Source of the DNA: Camelus dromedarius
Taxonomy: Eukaryota
DNA: 64,000 nucleotides
Direction: 5' to 3'
Assembly: GCF_036321535.1 (NCBI RefSeq)
Contig: NC_087437.1
Location: 91,204,001-91,268,000 of the forward strand
A program made the position numbers and the translations under genes. Of this stretch, positions 51,781 through 64,000 are shown piece by piece. The notes beneath the pieces are model-generated. The model worked only from the letters and a program-made list of their open reading frames with translations, did not search any database and was not told where the DNA came from. Numbering within the stretch: position 1 is the stretch's first letter; the number at the start of each line of letters is the position of its first letter.

Positions 51781-53581
51781 GTACCCTTTTCTGTATCAGT
51801 AAGAATAGGCCAGAAGTAAAATTTGGAAGCCAAGAAGTAAAATAAAATGTCAGTAGCTTAATATAAAGGTCTAATTCTTACTTTTACAACAAGAACTTGT
51901 TGTGTTAGATGGGGACTATACTGTATTTCATTCTTATTTAGGGACTTGAAAAATTTATAAAGTAAATTGTGATCTGGCTTTTAAATTTTCAGCCTGGAAA
52001 TGACACACAGCATTTCCTCTCACATTTCAATGACAAAAATAAGTCACATGCCTAACTTTTTCAGAGGGCTTAGAATTAAACTTTTAGCATATGTACAGAG
52101 GGCAGAAAGCAATGGGGATTTGATTAATGCTACTAATGACATATATTTATATTATAATATTTGTATCTTATTTATATATATAATGCATGCACAAGTTATA
52201 ACTATATTATATATTTGTATGTTATTATATTATTATACTTATTAATTGTTATCAACAGTAGTCTCAAAGAGAATTCTCATTGTTTATTATCACCTCTCAA
52301 GTTAGCCGTTAAAGATGCCCTTCTCATTAAATGAATGTGTGAAAAACTCCCATTGCTTACAAACCCGTAGGTTCTCCATTTAGGACTCAACATTCCTAAA
52401 AGATGCTTTGCAGTTTGTTTCTGACTGTATCATTCTTTCTATTGGCAACTTGTTCCTATTAGGAATTTAGTAATTTGAGGATGTCATGAAAATTTTACTT
52501 TCATATATGTATAATTATATAAATACATAAATATATGAAAAATTTTACTTACAGAATGTTAATTTTTCTTAAGCACCTGCCAGGTATAAAATCATCCATC
52601 ATACAATTTAGTACTTATTTCTGTTGTAACTTCTATTATTCTTCACTATATATTTATTACATTCATTCCCCCTATCTCAACCTTTGGCCATATTTTAACT
52701 GCCCTTAATTTAAGGACACTATTTTTCCTAATTTTTTTCTAATTATATTTAATTGTTCTTACATTTTCATTTGGAGAGAGTTGAATATGGATATTTCCAT
52801 TTCTTATTTTGACACTTAGGCTGAATTTCTTTTAAGGGAAGAAAAAAGAGCAACTCTATTTATCTGAGTCCCAGTAAAATTGTTTTTGTGGATCTTTCAC
52901 TAATTTAAGGAAGAAATTCTTTGATTTTTAGTTTGCTTTTGTTGTTGCTTTAATTTTCTTAATATACCAAGCAAGACTGAATATAAAGATCTGGAAAATT
53001 TAAAAAAATTTTTGATCCTCATGCTCATGTGCGTATTCTTGAATGTTTTAAGGATCATGCTTTCCAATGCTACTATATTTAAAATAACATAATATGCTTT
53101 TAACATATAATATAAAATGCTATTAATAAGGAATTATTTTACTAAGTCTGTGGAAAACAAAATATTTCTAAAAGTTGCACTGGAAATGAAAAACTAAAAA
53201 TAAAGTGAAATTTAAACTTAAATTTCAATTAAAAAATTAAACTATGAAACATTTTCTAAGTACAATAACATGTTTTTCAGGGACTTTTATCTCCAAATCT
53301 GACTCCACTATTTATTTTCTGTTCCTACATTTGTGCACTTCATTTTTCTTAGCCTAAGAGAAGTTTAGAAGCTGCTGTTTTAAGCAAGGTGATGGTTCCT
53401 ATCCATTAGATTTCAAGGTTACTAGTCAGCTATATTTTTGTTTATTCATAGTAAATCTCATAATAGGATAGTTTAAATACTGGCTTTAAATCAGGGCATG
53501 AACTTTATTTCTATTCCCTTTTCTTATTTTTTTTGAATGCTTTAATTTATTGAGTTTGCTAAAGAGTACCTTTGAACCACT

Positions 53582-53813
53582 TTTTTTTTTGGTAAATTGT
53601 ATTTTTATTGAAGTACAGTCAGTTTACAATGTTGTGTCAATTTCTGGTGTACGGTGCAATGCTTCAGTCATACATGAATATACATATATTCATTTTCATA
53701 TTCTTTTTCACCATAAGCTACTACAAAATGTTGAATTGGGTTCCCTGTGCTATAAAGTATAAACTTGTTTATCTATTTTATATATACCAGTCAGTATCTG
53801 CAAATCTCAAACC
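53582..53813 (-). mobile_element. Young L1 3' stub with perfect 13-bp TSD
   Basis: poly(T) plus TTGAAGTACAGTCAGTTTACAATGTTGTGTC; TSD CCTTTGAACCACT at 53569-53581 and 53814-53826. Confidence 0.92.
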
Positions 53814-56250
53814 CCTTTGAACCACTGAACTGGATGGCATTTTAAATCACAGCATGCTTGTCAAGAAGCAGGTTGCTTGTTAAAACTCTAAATGCACATG
53901 TAAATAATAGTAATGAAATTAATGAATTATTCCAATGTTTCACATAACAGTGTTTTAGTGGTTTTGATATTAAATTGCTTTTAATGATAATGAAATAATT
54001 CGGTATTCTAGAGTAACTTGGAGACTATTTATATTCTTTACATAAATATTAAGACTGTATTTACTTCATAAGAGTTATAATCTCTCTGTTTTAATCCCTT
54101 CTGTCATTCTCATTCTATTGAGTATCTGTTCTTCAGGTTTTTTCTCCCAGGAATCTCTCTCTTGGCATTGCCTGTAGCATTCCATCACCATTGACACTCT
54201 AACCTTGGATTCTGTGGATCAATATTTACCTCACCTTTCCTTTTGAAATTCTGCTCATACTTGGTTTCAGTGATCCTACTTTCTCTTCTTTCTCCTTCTA
54301 GCTCTAAAAGTGTATAATATTTCTCACCATATCTTCTATCTGTAGTATTTTATTTGTTTTAAATAGCATGGGAAATATACGTGGATGGAGAGTATTCAAT
54401 ACTTGGAGATTTAGGATCCATGATTCTAATCATTAGAAATTGACATGGTTTTTTTATGAAATTTAATAATTTATCATTTTGATGAGATATAACAGGTATT
54501 TATCAGTACTGCTTTACTTTCTTGAAGATACTATTTTCCTAGATCTCTTTCCCTTCCTGGCCCTTTCAAAGCCTGTTCTACAACCAGTTTCTGGAAAATG
54601 TATTTATTCATCCTCCAGAAATTTTCATTTGTCTTTTGCCTGAACTTGAGCTCCAATTTTTATTAATTTGCTGCCTTTTAAAAATATGGTCTGTGGTCTG
54701 TACTTTTGAAATTTTTCATTAATCTCATTTTCTTTAAGCATACCCTTAAGCAATTTCTTAAGAAAGGATATATGCATAAGAGATAATTTCTTAGAAAGAT
54801 ATGTCTAAAAGTCTATTTATTCTACTGCATTCCTGGTTTTTAATTTATCTAACAATACAATTTTCTGCTGTTTTTCTCAAAACTTTGCCATTTTAAAAAT
54901 TCTTATACCTTTTATTATTAATATAGGAAACCTGCTACTTTCTTATTCTTAATCCTTTTAGTTTATCTCAGATTACATTTATAATTTTTCTCTAATTACA
55001 GGGAGATGTTAACATTTTTTAGTCCTTTTTAACAAATTCTTTTGTAAGTGCTCAATTCAGTAAACATTTTCTCTCTGTTGATCAATTCTGAAAAATGTAC
55101 TATTTTTCAATTCTAATTAACATCACTTTTTATTCTGTTCACTTCTATTGGAAGTTTTGTGTTTAGTCTGTTGAATGTGATGTATTTTTTCTAAATTAAT
55201 TTTGTTTTCTCCTAATTTCCATTTTTGTCTATTCAAGTTTTTGAGAGATTTTTACCAACATTCCTTTTAACTCTAATTATTTTGTTAACTAGCATTATAT
55301 ATATTTTTTTACTTCTCAGAAATACTGTTCTTGTTTTCTGAATGTCATGGTTTTATAATAAGTTTTTTTTTTTTTTCTTGGATGCAAGTGTCTCTCATCT
55401 CTGTGGATTGTATAGGCTTCTCTTGCACACTCCATACTTAAGAATAAGGAGCTCATTTCTGGCAGAGGGCTCCAAGTGTGTTTCAGAACAAATTTTTATT
55501 GACAATTAGAAGAAGAAAAAAACCTTAAAAAACATTCAAAACCCTTAGTTTGAATGTATTAGAAATAAGTGAGTAACTAGTAATTATAGAGCCAACACCT
55601 AGAGAATGATGAACTCAGAGTGATGGGTCTGGAAAATATTACCTCTTTTCCTCTTAAGGTGACTGATGATTTTGAAAGTGATTTTAACTAGCTGAACAGT
55701 GCTTTTAACCATCTCAGGAAGCTGAAGGATCAAATATTAAATAAAGAGCACAGTCTGCCAGAGAGTTTCCTGTATCCACTTAGGTTTAATATTGAGATTC
55801 CAAAGGCCTACATCTTGGGAGGAAGGGCATGTAGGAAGTGCATAAATTCCATGGATTTCAACTCCAACATGAATTTTTTAAGTCCCTGAGTAGAATAAGT
55901 AGATTTGGAATTTCTAGGACCTTTAGCCTACCTAATTACAAAAGTAAATTTTGTCTGAGGAAGATAATGTTACCTGTAAGTATATTACATAAGCTCTTCA
56001 ATTTTTCATGTATAAGGTATAGATTCAGTTAAAAAAAAAAACACCTAAATGAAACATCACATTAGTAAAAGAAGAAAAGATAATTGGAATAACATCGGAG
56101 TTTAAGTAGCAGATGCTAATCTTTACATTTACTACTAAAATAATATTATAGAACACAGAATTACATTTGATAACAGGGAAATTTTTATAGATCAAAATTT
56201 TGTTGTAATTATTTAAGAAATCATGTGTTTGTTTAAAAACTCACAAAGAG

Positions 56251-56378
56251 GGGGAGGGTATAGCTCAGTGGTAGTGTACACACTTAGCATGCACCAGGTC
56301 CTGGGTTCAGTCCCCAATACCTCCATTAAAATAAATAAATAAACCTAATTACCACCCTCCCAAAATAAATCTTAAAAA
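56251..56378 (+). mobile_element. tRNA-Ala-derived SINE (camelid Vic-1-like) inserted in an L1 ORF2 fragment
   Basis: GGGGAGGGTATAGCTCAGTGGTAG (A box)..GGTCCTGGGTTCAGTCCCC (B box)..CTCCA, tail TAAAATAAATAAATAAACCTAATTACC; imperfect TSD-like ACAAAGA on both sides. Confidence 0.85.
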
Positions 56379-58669
56379 TACAAAGAAAACTTCAGGCCTA
56401 GATGGACCCACCACTGAAATTATACTAAACAATTATGCTATAATGCCAATGTTATGAAAATTCTCCAGAGAATGGAAAATGAAAGCATTTTTCCCATTGC
56501 ATTTTATGAGGTCTCTATAACATTAATACTGAAATTTAACAAATATTACTAGAAATTTTCTTGGTCATATATGTAAAAATAAATAGGTATTATAAACTGA
56601 ATCTAATGTAACCAAGTATTATCAAATATATGTTCTACTTGGTTAATGGCTGAAAGAGGAAAAACATTTTTTCCATATATTATAGACTTTCATCCTGGAA
56701 TATATCTAACAGCCTACTATTTGGAGGAAATATCAGAAAGATTAAGATATCTAGACATAGACTTTGCAGTAACCATTCTGTAGGCTGTGTTACTGATTGT
56801 ACTTCTCTCAGTCCTAACAAAATGTCTTTCCTTAATAAAAAGCATGTATCTAACAGATGGCATTCTTATAGCCAAGACAGATGGCTAGAACTATATAAGA
56901 ATGGGAGAGAGATCATCTGATTAGTTTTCTCAACTTACCTGATTGTCCTGATTTGTTCTTTTGTTTCAGAAATCTGTCTTTTCTATGGCATTTTTACCTT
57001 TTCCCAAATGAAAGAAAACTGAACTTCAGCTGTGGAGATATCTGAGAAAAACAAGAAAACAATACAACTAACATGACATACTTTTATGGCTGGTTCTGTA
57101 ATTTGGAGGTGCAGAGACTGCAAGGTAAGGAAAAGATTTGCTTATGAGGTTAAACCAAAATGAGATAATGTACAAATGCATTTTCCAGTAACACACCCCT
57201 TTGGAACATATAATTTAGCTAGAGCAAGATCTAGATCTGTAGAGAAATTGATATGAAATCAAATTCAGTGTATATGGGAAAACTCTTAAGAATTTGCTTG
57301 CAGTGTCACCAAGGAGTACTCTGGGGCTACCTTGAACACTGGGATGGAGAAAAATTTCACAGGATATCACTAATTTCTCAGAAATTATGCAAGGATAACA
57401 CCTCTTCATGAGATCTTTAAATGGTAGATTCACTGGAAAGTGTCTGTGCAGCATGAATAGGTTTCAAGTATAATACAAACATTAGTATTTTAACTGTAGA
57501 TTTTTCGGTGGGACTTTTACATTTGAATTGTATTTAAGAGTTGGAATAAAAAGTAGACCTATAATTCCATGTTAGCCATTATGTATTGAATCTGTCACAT
57601 ATTCTTTGTACTATTCCTGGCTCTCAGTATTGTAGAACAGATTACAATTGATGGTATCTGCTCTTGAAAGGCTATACTTTAATTCTGGAGTTAAAAAAAA
57701 TTAAAACTTTAAAGAAAATCTACTCTACATTTTTTTCCTACTGACTAGAACTTAAAAATCATTTGCAATCATTGTCATTCCTTCCTTTGCCATAGTTCTA
57801 ATTTTCTTGTTTCTTTAATCTTCAGTTTATTATTACATCCACCATCCTAGTTTCAATCTTCATTCCTTACACCTGAATGGTCAAAATTGCTTTCTAACTG
57901 TTGGGCTGTCCTTAATCTGCATGTCTTCCAATTTATTATTCACACAGTTACTAAATGAATCTTCTGAAACACTGATCTAATAAATAATCTATTGTGGAAC
58001 ATCTCTGCTGAATTCCCCTTGCCTACAGAATAAGACTAAAAAAATTGACATGTTTTTCAGGCACTCAAATATTGGCTCCAAATCACCTTTCTGATTTTGC
58101 TTTTCACTGCTTCCTTTCATGAGCCCTATAATCCTGCCCACAGTCTTTACATATGTTTAACCATTTGCTCCCATTTTTCTAATATCAAATCTCTATCATT
58201 CCCAGTGGCTCCTCTTTCAACAATCCTTCCCTGATACTTTCAGCAGAATATATTTTCTCTCTTTTTAACTTCCATCATATTTTACCTATATATTCCTTTT
58301 TTTCTCTAAAAATATTTTATTATTTATAAAACATAACAAGGGCAATAGTGATGTATGAGAAACAATATAAAGGCAAAATTACCAAAACAATATTTTGTGT
58401 CATACTTTAAGTATAAAAAAAATTATAGTGTCTTATTAATGCAGTATCTTGATTGACTATGTTTCTGGCTTTCCTTTCTACAAATTCATTTTTTAGGTCA
58501 TCCAACTATATAATTTATCAGCTTTATTTTCAGTTAATTTAATATGAATGAAAATATTGGTTGCTCTTGGCAAATACAGCACTACAAATAATTTTTGATA
58601 ATTTTTTAATATTGAGAAGGATATTTCTGCTGATACAATCAAATTGAATTGTTTGATTTTTAATAAAAC

Positions 58670-59780
58670 TTGAATTTTGAAAACTTTCCATATGTTCTAG
58701 ATTCAAGTGTTTTATCATGCATTTGGTTTGAAAATATTTTCTTTCAATATGTACATTTTGTTTTCATACTTTCAGCAGAGGCTTTCATTGAGAAAATTTT
58801 ATATTTTTAATGAAATCCAATTTATCATTTTTTTTATAAATTGTATTTTTGTTGTCACATTTAGTAACTTTTCACCAAATACTGGTCATTAAGCTTTTCT
58901 TCTATATTTTCTGTTAAATTTTTATATTTTTATGTTTTACATTTAAATCTATAGTTCATTTTGAGTTCAGTTTTGTGAATGTGTATTTAGGTTGAAGTGA
59001 GTTTTTCTTTTTTTTCTCTCTTCCCCTCCATTCCCTCTTCTCTTCTTTTTCTTTTTTATTTTCTTTTCTGAATATGGATATCCTGTTGTTTCAGTACCAT
59101 TTGTTGAAAAGATGATCCTTCTTTCTTTGAATTGCTTTTGCACCATAGTATAAAATCATTTGGTCGTTCTGCTATGTGTCTATTTCTGGATTCTTTATTT
59201 TGTTTCATTGATATGTGTGCCTTTTCATCTACCAATACCACACCTTCTTAATTATTGTAGCTATACAATAAGTCTTAAAATTAGATAGTGTGATTCCTCC
59301 CATTTTATCTTTCTCTTTCAAAGTTGTTTTAGTACTTGAGTTCCTTTACCTTTCCACAATTTTAGTTTTATTTTAGTTTTAGAATAATTTTATCAGTGTA
59401 GAATATTGCTGGAATTTTGATGGGGGAGAATTAACATCTTTACTCTGTAGATATTGTCAATTGATAAATATAATATATCTATCCATTTATTTAAATCATA
59501 TTATATTTCTTTCAACTGTGTTTTGTAAATGTCAACATACAGCATTTCTGGTACATGGTTAATTAGATTTTGTGTAAATAGTTCCTTGTGTTTGAATTGA
59601 GTAAGTAGTATCGTGTATTCAATTTTTGTTTATATGTGTTCATTGCAGAATATGTAAATACAATTGATTTTGTATGTTGATATTATACCCAGCACATTGA
59701 TGAACTTTATTAGTCCTAGGAATTATTTGCAGGTTCTTTGGAATTATGTACATAGACAATCATGTCATTTGCAAATATTT
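58670..59780 (-). mobile_element. L1 ORF2 fragment, degraded
   Basis: ACCATTTGTTGAAAAGA..TTTGAATTGCTTTTGCACC..CCAATACCACAC..GACAATCATGTCATTTGCAAAT (antisense LFAxDMIV motif). Confidence 0.88.
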
Positions 59781-60324
59781 TACCTATAGATATATGTTAA
59801 TAGTTATATATCTCTATGTTGTATTATAGGTTTTAAGAATTGTGTTTTATAGCTTCTCCATTACTTTCAAAGATGAGTCAGAACTGAATTTCAGTACTGT
59901 GCATTAGTAGTCCCCAACAAATAATTTTGAATGATTCGGGTGAAATTTCCTAGTTATTTTTTCATATAAGTCAGTAGAGTGAATTATGAATTAAACTATG
60001 CTTTTATTATATTGCATGTAAAACCCCAGTATTTGGGAATTTTCCCAGCAGTATGTGAAATGATATCTGCAACAGATTCTGTGGATTCCTAATATTATAT
60101 AGCTCTCCAATATATTATGAATTAGTCTTACTTATTAGACCCTTGATTGTGTCATTTGCCGGTAATCCTGGAGGTATCTATACTAAGTGAACTGCTGAAG
60201 GTCTTTAACAACTTTTGAAAATGTGAATGAAGTCCATGCTTTAATTTCAGATCTACTGAATCAATATGTCTTGATTTTGAGGCACTGGAATTCTATTTTT
60301 TAAAAGCTCTTTAGTTTTTAAAAG

Positions 60325-60790
60325 TATGCATATTGCATGATTCTATTTACAAAACAGTTATGAAATAGCGTAATTTAAGATATGGAGGATAGATTAGTAA
60401 TTCCTAAGGTTTAAAGCTAGACAGTAGAGGAAGAAAATATGGCTATAAAGGAGTAGCATGAGTGAGTATTGTCATGGTACAGTTAGTATCTTGATTGTGC
60501 TAAGGGTTACATGATGCTTTATGTATGAAAAAATTGCAAGACAGGGTCATACACACACATACACACACACACAAAGTAAGGCACGTATGTATAACAGGTG
60601 AAATTGGATTAAGCTTTCTGGATTGTACCAATCTCAGTTTCCTTGTTTTGATGATACTGAAGTGATGCAAGGTATTAATATTGGGGGGAGACTGGGTAAA
60701 GGGTTCATGACCCCTCCCTATATATTTCTTTAAAACTTCTTGTGAGTCTATGATTATTTCAAGTAATAAAACTTAAAAACAAACAAACAA
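60325..60790 (+). mobile_element. L1MC-like 3' end inserted within a MER5-type MITE (pieces ~60170-60310 and ~60795-60860)
   Basis: TATTGCATGATTCTATTTAC..GATTGTACCAATCTCAGTTTCC..TTGGGGGAGACTGGGTAAAGGGT..CTTCTTGTGAGTCTATGATTATTTCAA. Confidence 0.75.
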
Positions 60791-61399
60791 AAATCTTTTC
60801 GGGTAGCTTTTATGCAGCCTCTTGATTCTGCCCTGACTGGCATTTAGGGATGACAGTGTAGGAAGCTTTTGGGGTAAGTCATTAGAAAGTTGCATAAACA
60901 GTTCTTTTAGTGGTAAAAAAAATACTGTTATTAAAAATGTGCTTTTTAGTTTTAGTGTTTGAGTAACACAGAATCACTTTCAGGCACATGTTAGAACCAT
61001 ACTGCTTAATTTAAAATTAATCCACCCATCTCTTTCTGCTCTACATTGGCTGCCCGGATCTTTTATTATAGTGATAGAAGATAACATGAATCTCAGACTC
61101 CCACACTGGTGGATAATATGTCCAGGGTAAGTTATAATTGATAGTCATTTCATTATTGAGGAAGGTCACTGGATTTGCATGATTATTCTTTTATTGTGAA
61201 TGTGTAATTCACATTTGATCCTATGAAGTGACATCGTTGGTTTTCTAGTTCATAATCCCAGTGGGAGCTATTCATTAGCAGTGGGTAACAAGATGAACTA
61301 ACAAGATGAACATGAGTGCACAGTGTCATTCCTTAGTTATAAAAACAGTGCAATCCTGGAATTCATGGTGAGAAGAAGAATGTGTTGATACCAAGAGAT

Positions 61400-61760
61400 A
61401 AATCTCCCGTTATACTCAGCATCCCAGCGTGCTTAAAGCCTTTCATGGATACCACATTTAGTTTTGCCTCTGCAACTTAAAAGGGAATTTACAGAGGATT
61501 AAAAGAGAGTTCCTAAATGATTAAAGGATTAAGAATATGACCTCTAAAAGAAGGTTAAAGGGACTGTAATTATTTAGCCTGAAGCCTAGGAAACCAAGAG
61601 ATAAGTTAGAATTATCTCTTAAGAATATGACAGACAATTATACAGACAATGCTATACTGAATTTTCTAATTCTTCTGAATATGTCTAGAAAAGCTGAAAA
61701 AAGTTACAGCGTAAGGAATTTAGATTATATCTTAAATAAAATTTTAAGAAAATTAGGTCT
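61400..61760 (+). mobile_element. CR1/L3 LINE fragment
   Basis: AAATGATTAAAGGATTAAGAATATGACCTCTAAAAGAAGGTTAAAGGGACTGTAATTATTTAGCCTGAAG, resembling CR1 ORF2 'MI.GL...YEERLKELGLFSLE'. Confidence 0.75.
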
Positions 61761-62391
61761 TTTAGATATTTAAGATTACTGTTTATGGATATTGTAGTGA
61801 TTCCATTGTGAAATCAAATAAAAAGAATATTCAAACAAAATGTATCCAATTGACTTTACCTTCTTAAAGGAACACTGGGAACTGAGTGATATTTATGTCA
61901 TAGAAACCTCTCAGGTAAGAGTTGATTTAAATGATTTCAGTCATATTAAACAAGCATTAACAATACATTCAAAACTTACTTACATATACTTACATAAATC
62001 ATAAAGCAGCTGTACTTCTTTTTGCAATGATGGAAAAAATACTTCCTGGCACCAGATTAAGGTGAAGAGAGTCAGTTTAAGCAAAATTATTCTCTGTTTG
62101 CAGTTTCTTATCTTCCCTTGACCTTCTGTAAGGCGTATTTTTTTCTCTTTATACTTTAGGAGTCCAATGCCTTCCTATTCTCCCGGTCTATTCTCCTGTC
62201 CCTGTGGAATTGTTCATTTATTTAGTCTAAAAATATTTACTGACATGCTACAGACATTATTTTAGCTGATGAGGATACAGTGGACAATAAATAAAACAGA
62301 AACAACCACTGTCATCAAGGAACTAACAGTCTAGGGGGCATACAGAGAAGTAAACAAGCAATATAATATAAATAAGCAATATAATATGCTA

Positions 62392-62986
62392 TGTGGCCAT
62401 GTAGGACAGTTAACTAATTTTGATAGTGTGGCAGTTTGATAACGTAAGATTCCAGTAATCAAAGAAATGTAGATCCCTTGTTGGATAGCAGAGTAACTTA
62501 ATCTTGCCTGCTAATAATATCTCAGTTGTTTCTGAGATGTATCATTTTTGATCAGTTTACAATAGTTACTTTAAGGCAGCTGATCAGTCTTCCTGAATAT
62601 TAATGTTTACATCTGTTTCTTTGCCACATGGAAAGTGCTCATTGTATCCTCTTGACACAGAGCACAGGATTTTGCATCTGTGTGAGACTTTGTGCTGGTT
62701 CTTGGGCCCTGGAGGGATTCTGAAGTGAGGATTTCCTTTGGCCACCTGATCACTGTTCCGGGAAATCAAATCTGCAGCTAATAAACAAGGGGGCTAAACT
62801 CTTTCAGTTTGGTCATAACTTTAGGTACTCCTTGATGGCTCAATCTCACTTCAGCTTTAATTTATTCCCCTTATATCTGGCTGTGATTTCCATTTGATCC
62901 CTGACCCTGCTGAGGTTCCACCTGACTGCACTCATAAGTCTCGCTAGTCCAAGGCAAACTTAGGAAACACTGACCAGATAACTTCA
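62392..62986. mobile_element. Probable LTR of unassigned family
   Basis: ~600-bp GC-richer block with TG..CA-like ends next to ERVL internal sequence; family not recognised. Confidence 0.3.
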
Positions 62987-63019
62987 TTAACTACATTTTT
63001 CTCTTGCCAGAGGTTATTC

Positions 63020-63410
63020 ACAATTTCACTGGCTGTCTCCTTACTCCAGTGAATCAACAGCTAAAGAAGTGCGTTGCTGTATTTGCTGGGATGAATTATT
63101 TTGATTATTAAGAGAAAATTAGATTGCTTTTACACAATGAGAGTGAGAAGGAATGTCTCTTGAGTGCAGAAATACCCTGAGGCATCTCTTAGTACTGCCC
63201 TACCCTGTGATTTATACCATAAAATTACAACAGCCCAATATGAGCACATCTGATAGTGACCCACATAGTTCAGGGATGAAGTTTTGGGTTAATCTAAGCT
63301 ATAAGGAACCAAACAACCTAAGATGCTCTCTGAGGATAAAGGGAATGCAGAGTGAGTAGGAGAAGAAAGTAGTTATAAATACTAGTTGCAACCATTGGCT
63401 ATATCTATTT
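63020..63410 (+). mobile_element. ERVL internal 3' region (dUTPase-like/post-integrase)
   Basis: GAATCAACAGCTAAAGAAG..CATCTCTTAGTACTGCCCTACCCTGTGATT..AAATTACAACAGCCCAAT..TTCAGGGATGAAGTTTTGGGT..GTAGTTATAAATAC. Confidence 0.8.
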
Positions 63411-64000
63411 CTTCCTCATTTTGATATAAAATATTTATATAAAATAATTTTCTTTTAACTTTATATCATTTATATAGAGTATATAAATTATATTTACATA
63501 TTAATGTCCTTGTTATATATTTATATATTATTTATTTGTATATAAAATAAGAGCTTTGTTATAGAAATTTAAATTTATGCAATTATGGGAGCTGAATAAG
63601 CAGTCTGCGTGAGGCTGCTCCAGTTTCCATTTGTTTATCCAAACCTTGAGTAATATATGTGGATAATAATGCAATAGTAAGTAAAATGTGGATAATAATA
63701 GTAACTATGGACAATCATTATATTTAATCATATATTTAATCATATATTTAAATATGTTAGAGCCTATCTCATAGAATTGATGTGACAGTTAAACTATAAC
63801 ATTAAAAAGCCCTTAGAAAACTCCTGGCTTATAATAAACAATTTGTGGTTTTTTATTACTATTATTATTATTATCCCCATTTTCATAAGCTTTCCATTCT
63901 TTCTTAAAGTTTAACCATCTCTGTTTGTCCCTAACTTGTATATTGTTTCATTCCACCTGCTTTTGAAATTTATATAAGTTGAATATACTATAACTTGTAA

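Noticed and set aside
56251..56325. Functional tRNA-Ala gene
   Set aside because: Stems are disrupted, and it carries a SINE tail inside an L1 fragment
1..64000. CRISPR arrays, operons or other prokaryotic systems
   Set aside because: The sequence is clearly mammalian; no regularly spaced repeat-spacer array seen

Overview
AT-rich, repeat-dense mammalian DNA with no intact protein-coding gene I can identify (intergenic or deep intronic). A tRNA-Ala-derived SINE with a Vic-1-like tail and a young L1 3' end suggest a camelid genome. The main non-repeat feature is a heavily diverged, intronless SRRM1 (SRm160) processed pseudogene on the minus strand (~26735-29263). Its 5' end is fused in sense to half a MaLR (MLT1) LTR, it has lost its poly(A)/TSD end, and it keeps many CpGs. 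Other contents: a decayed class III (ERVL-like) pol with RT (HYMDD), RNase H and integrase motifs plus ~1.4 kb of unexplained downstream sequence; an internally deleted L1MA9-like element; many MLT1/ERV1 LTRs, hAT MITEs, L2 and L3 fragments; a nested-hairpin palindrome; and a few exon-like segments, including one unidentified candidate terminal coding exon (1917-2172, minus). Repeat family names and SRRM1 alignments come from recalled consensus sequences, not from a search. I found no convincing new biological system.
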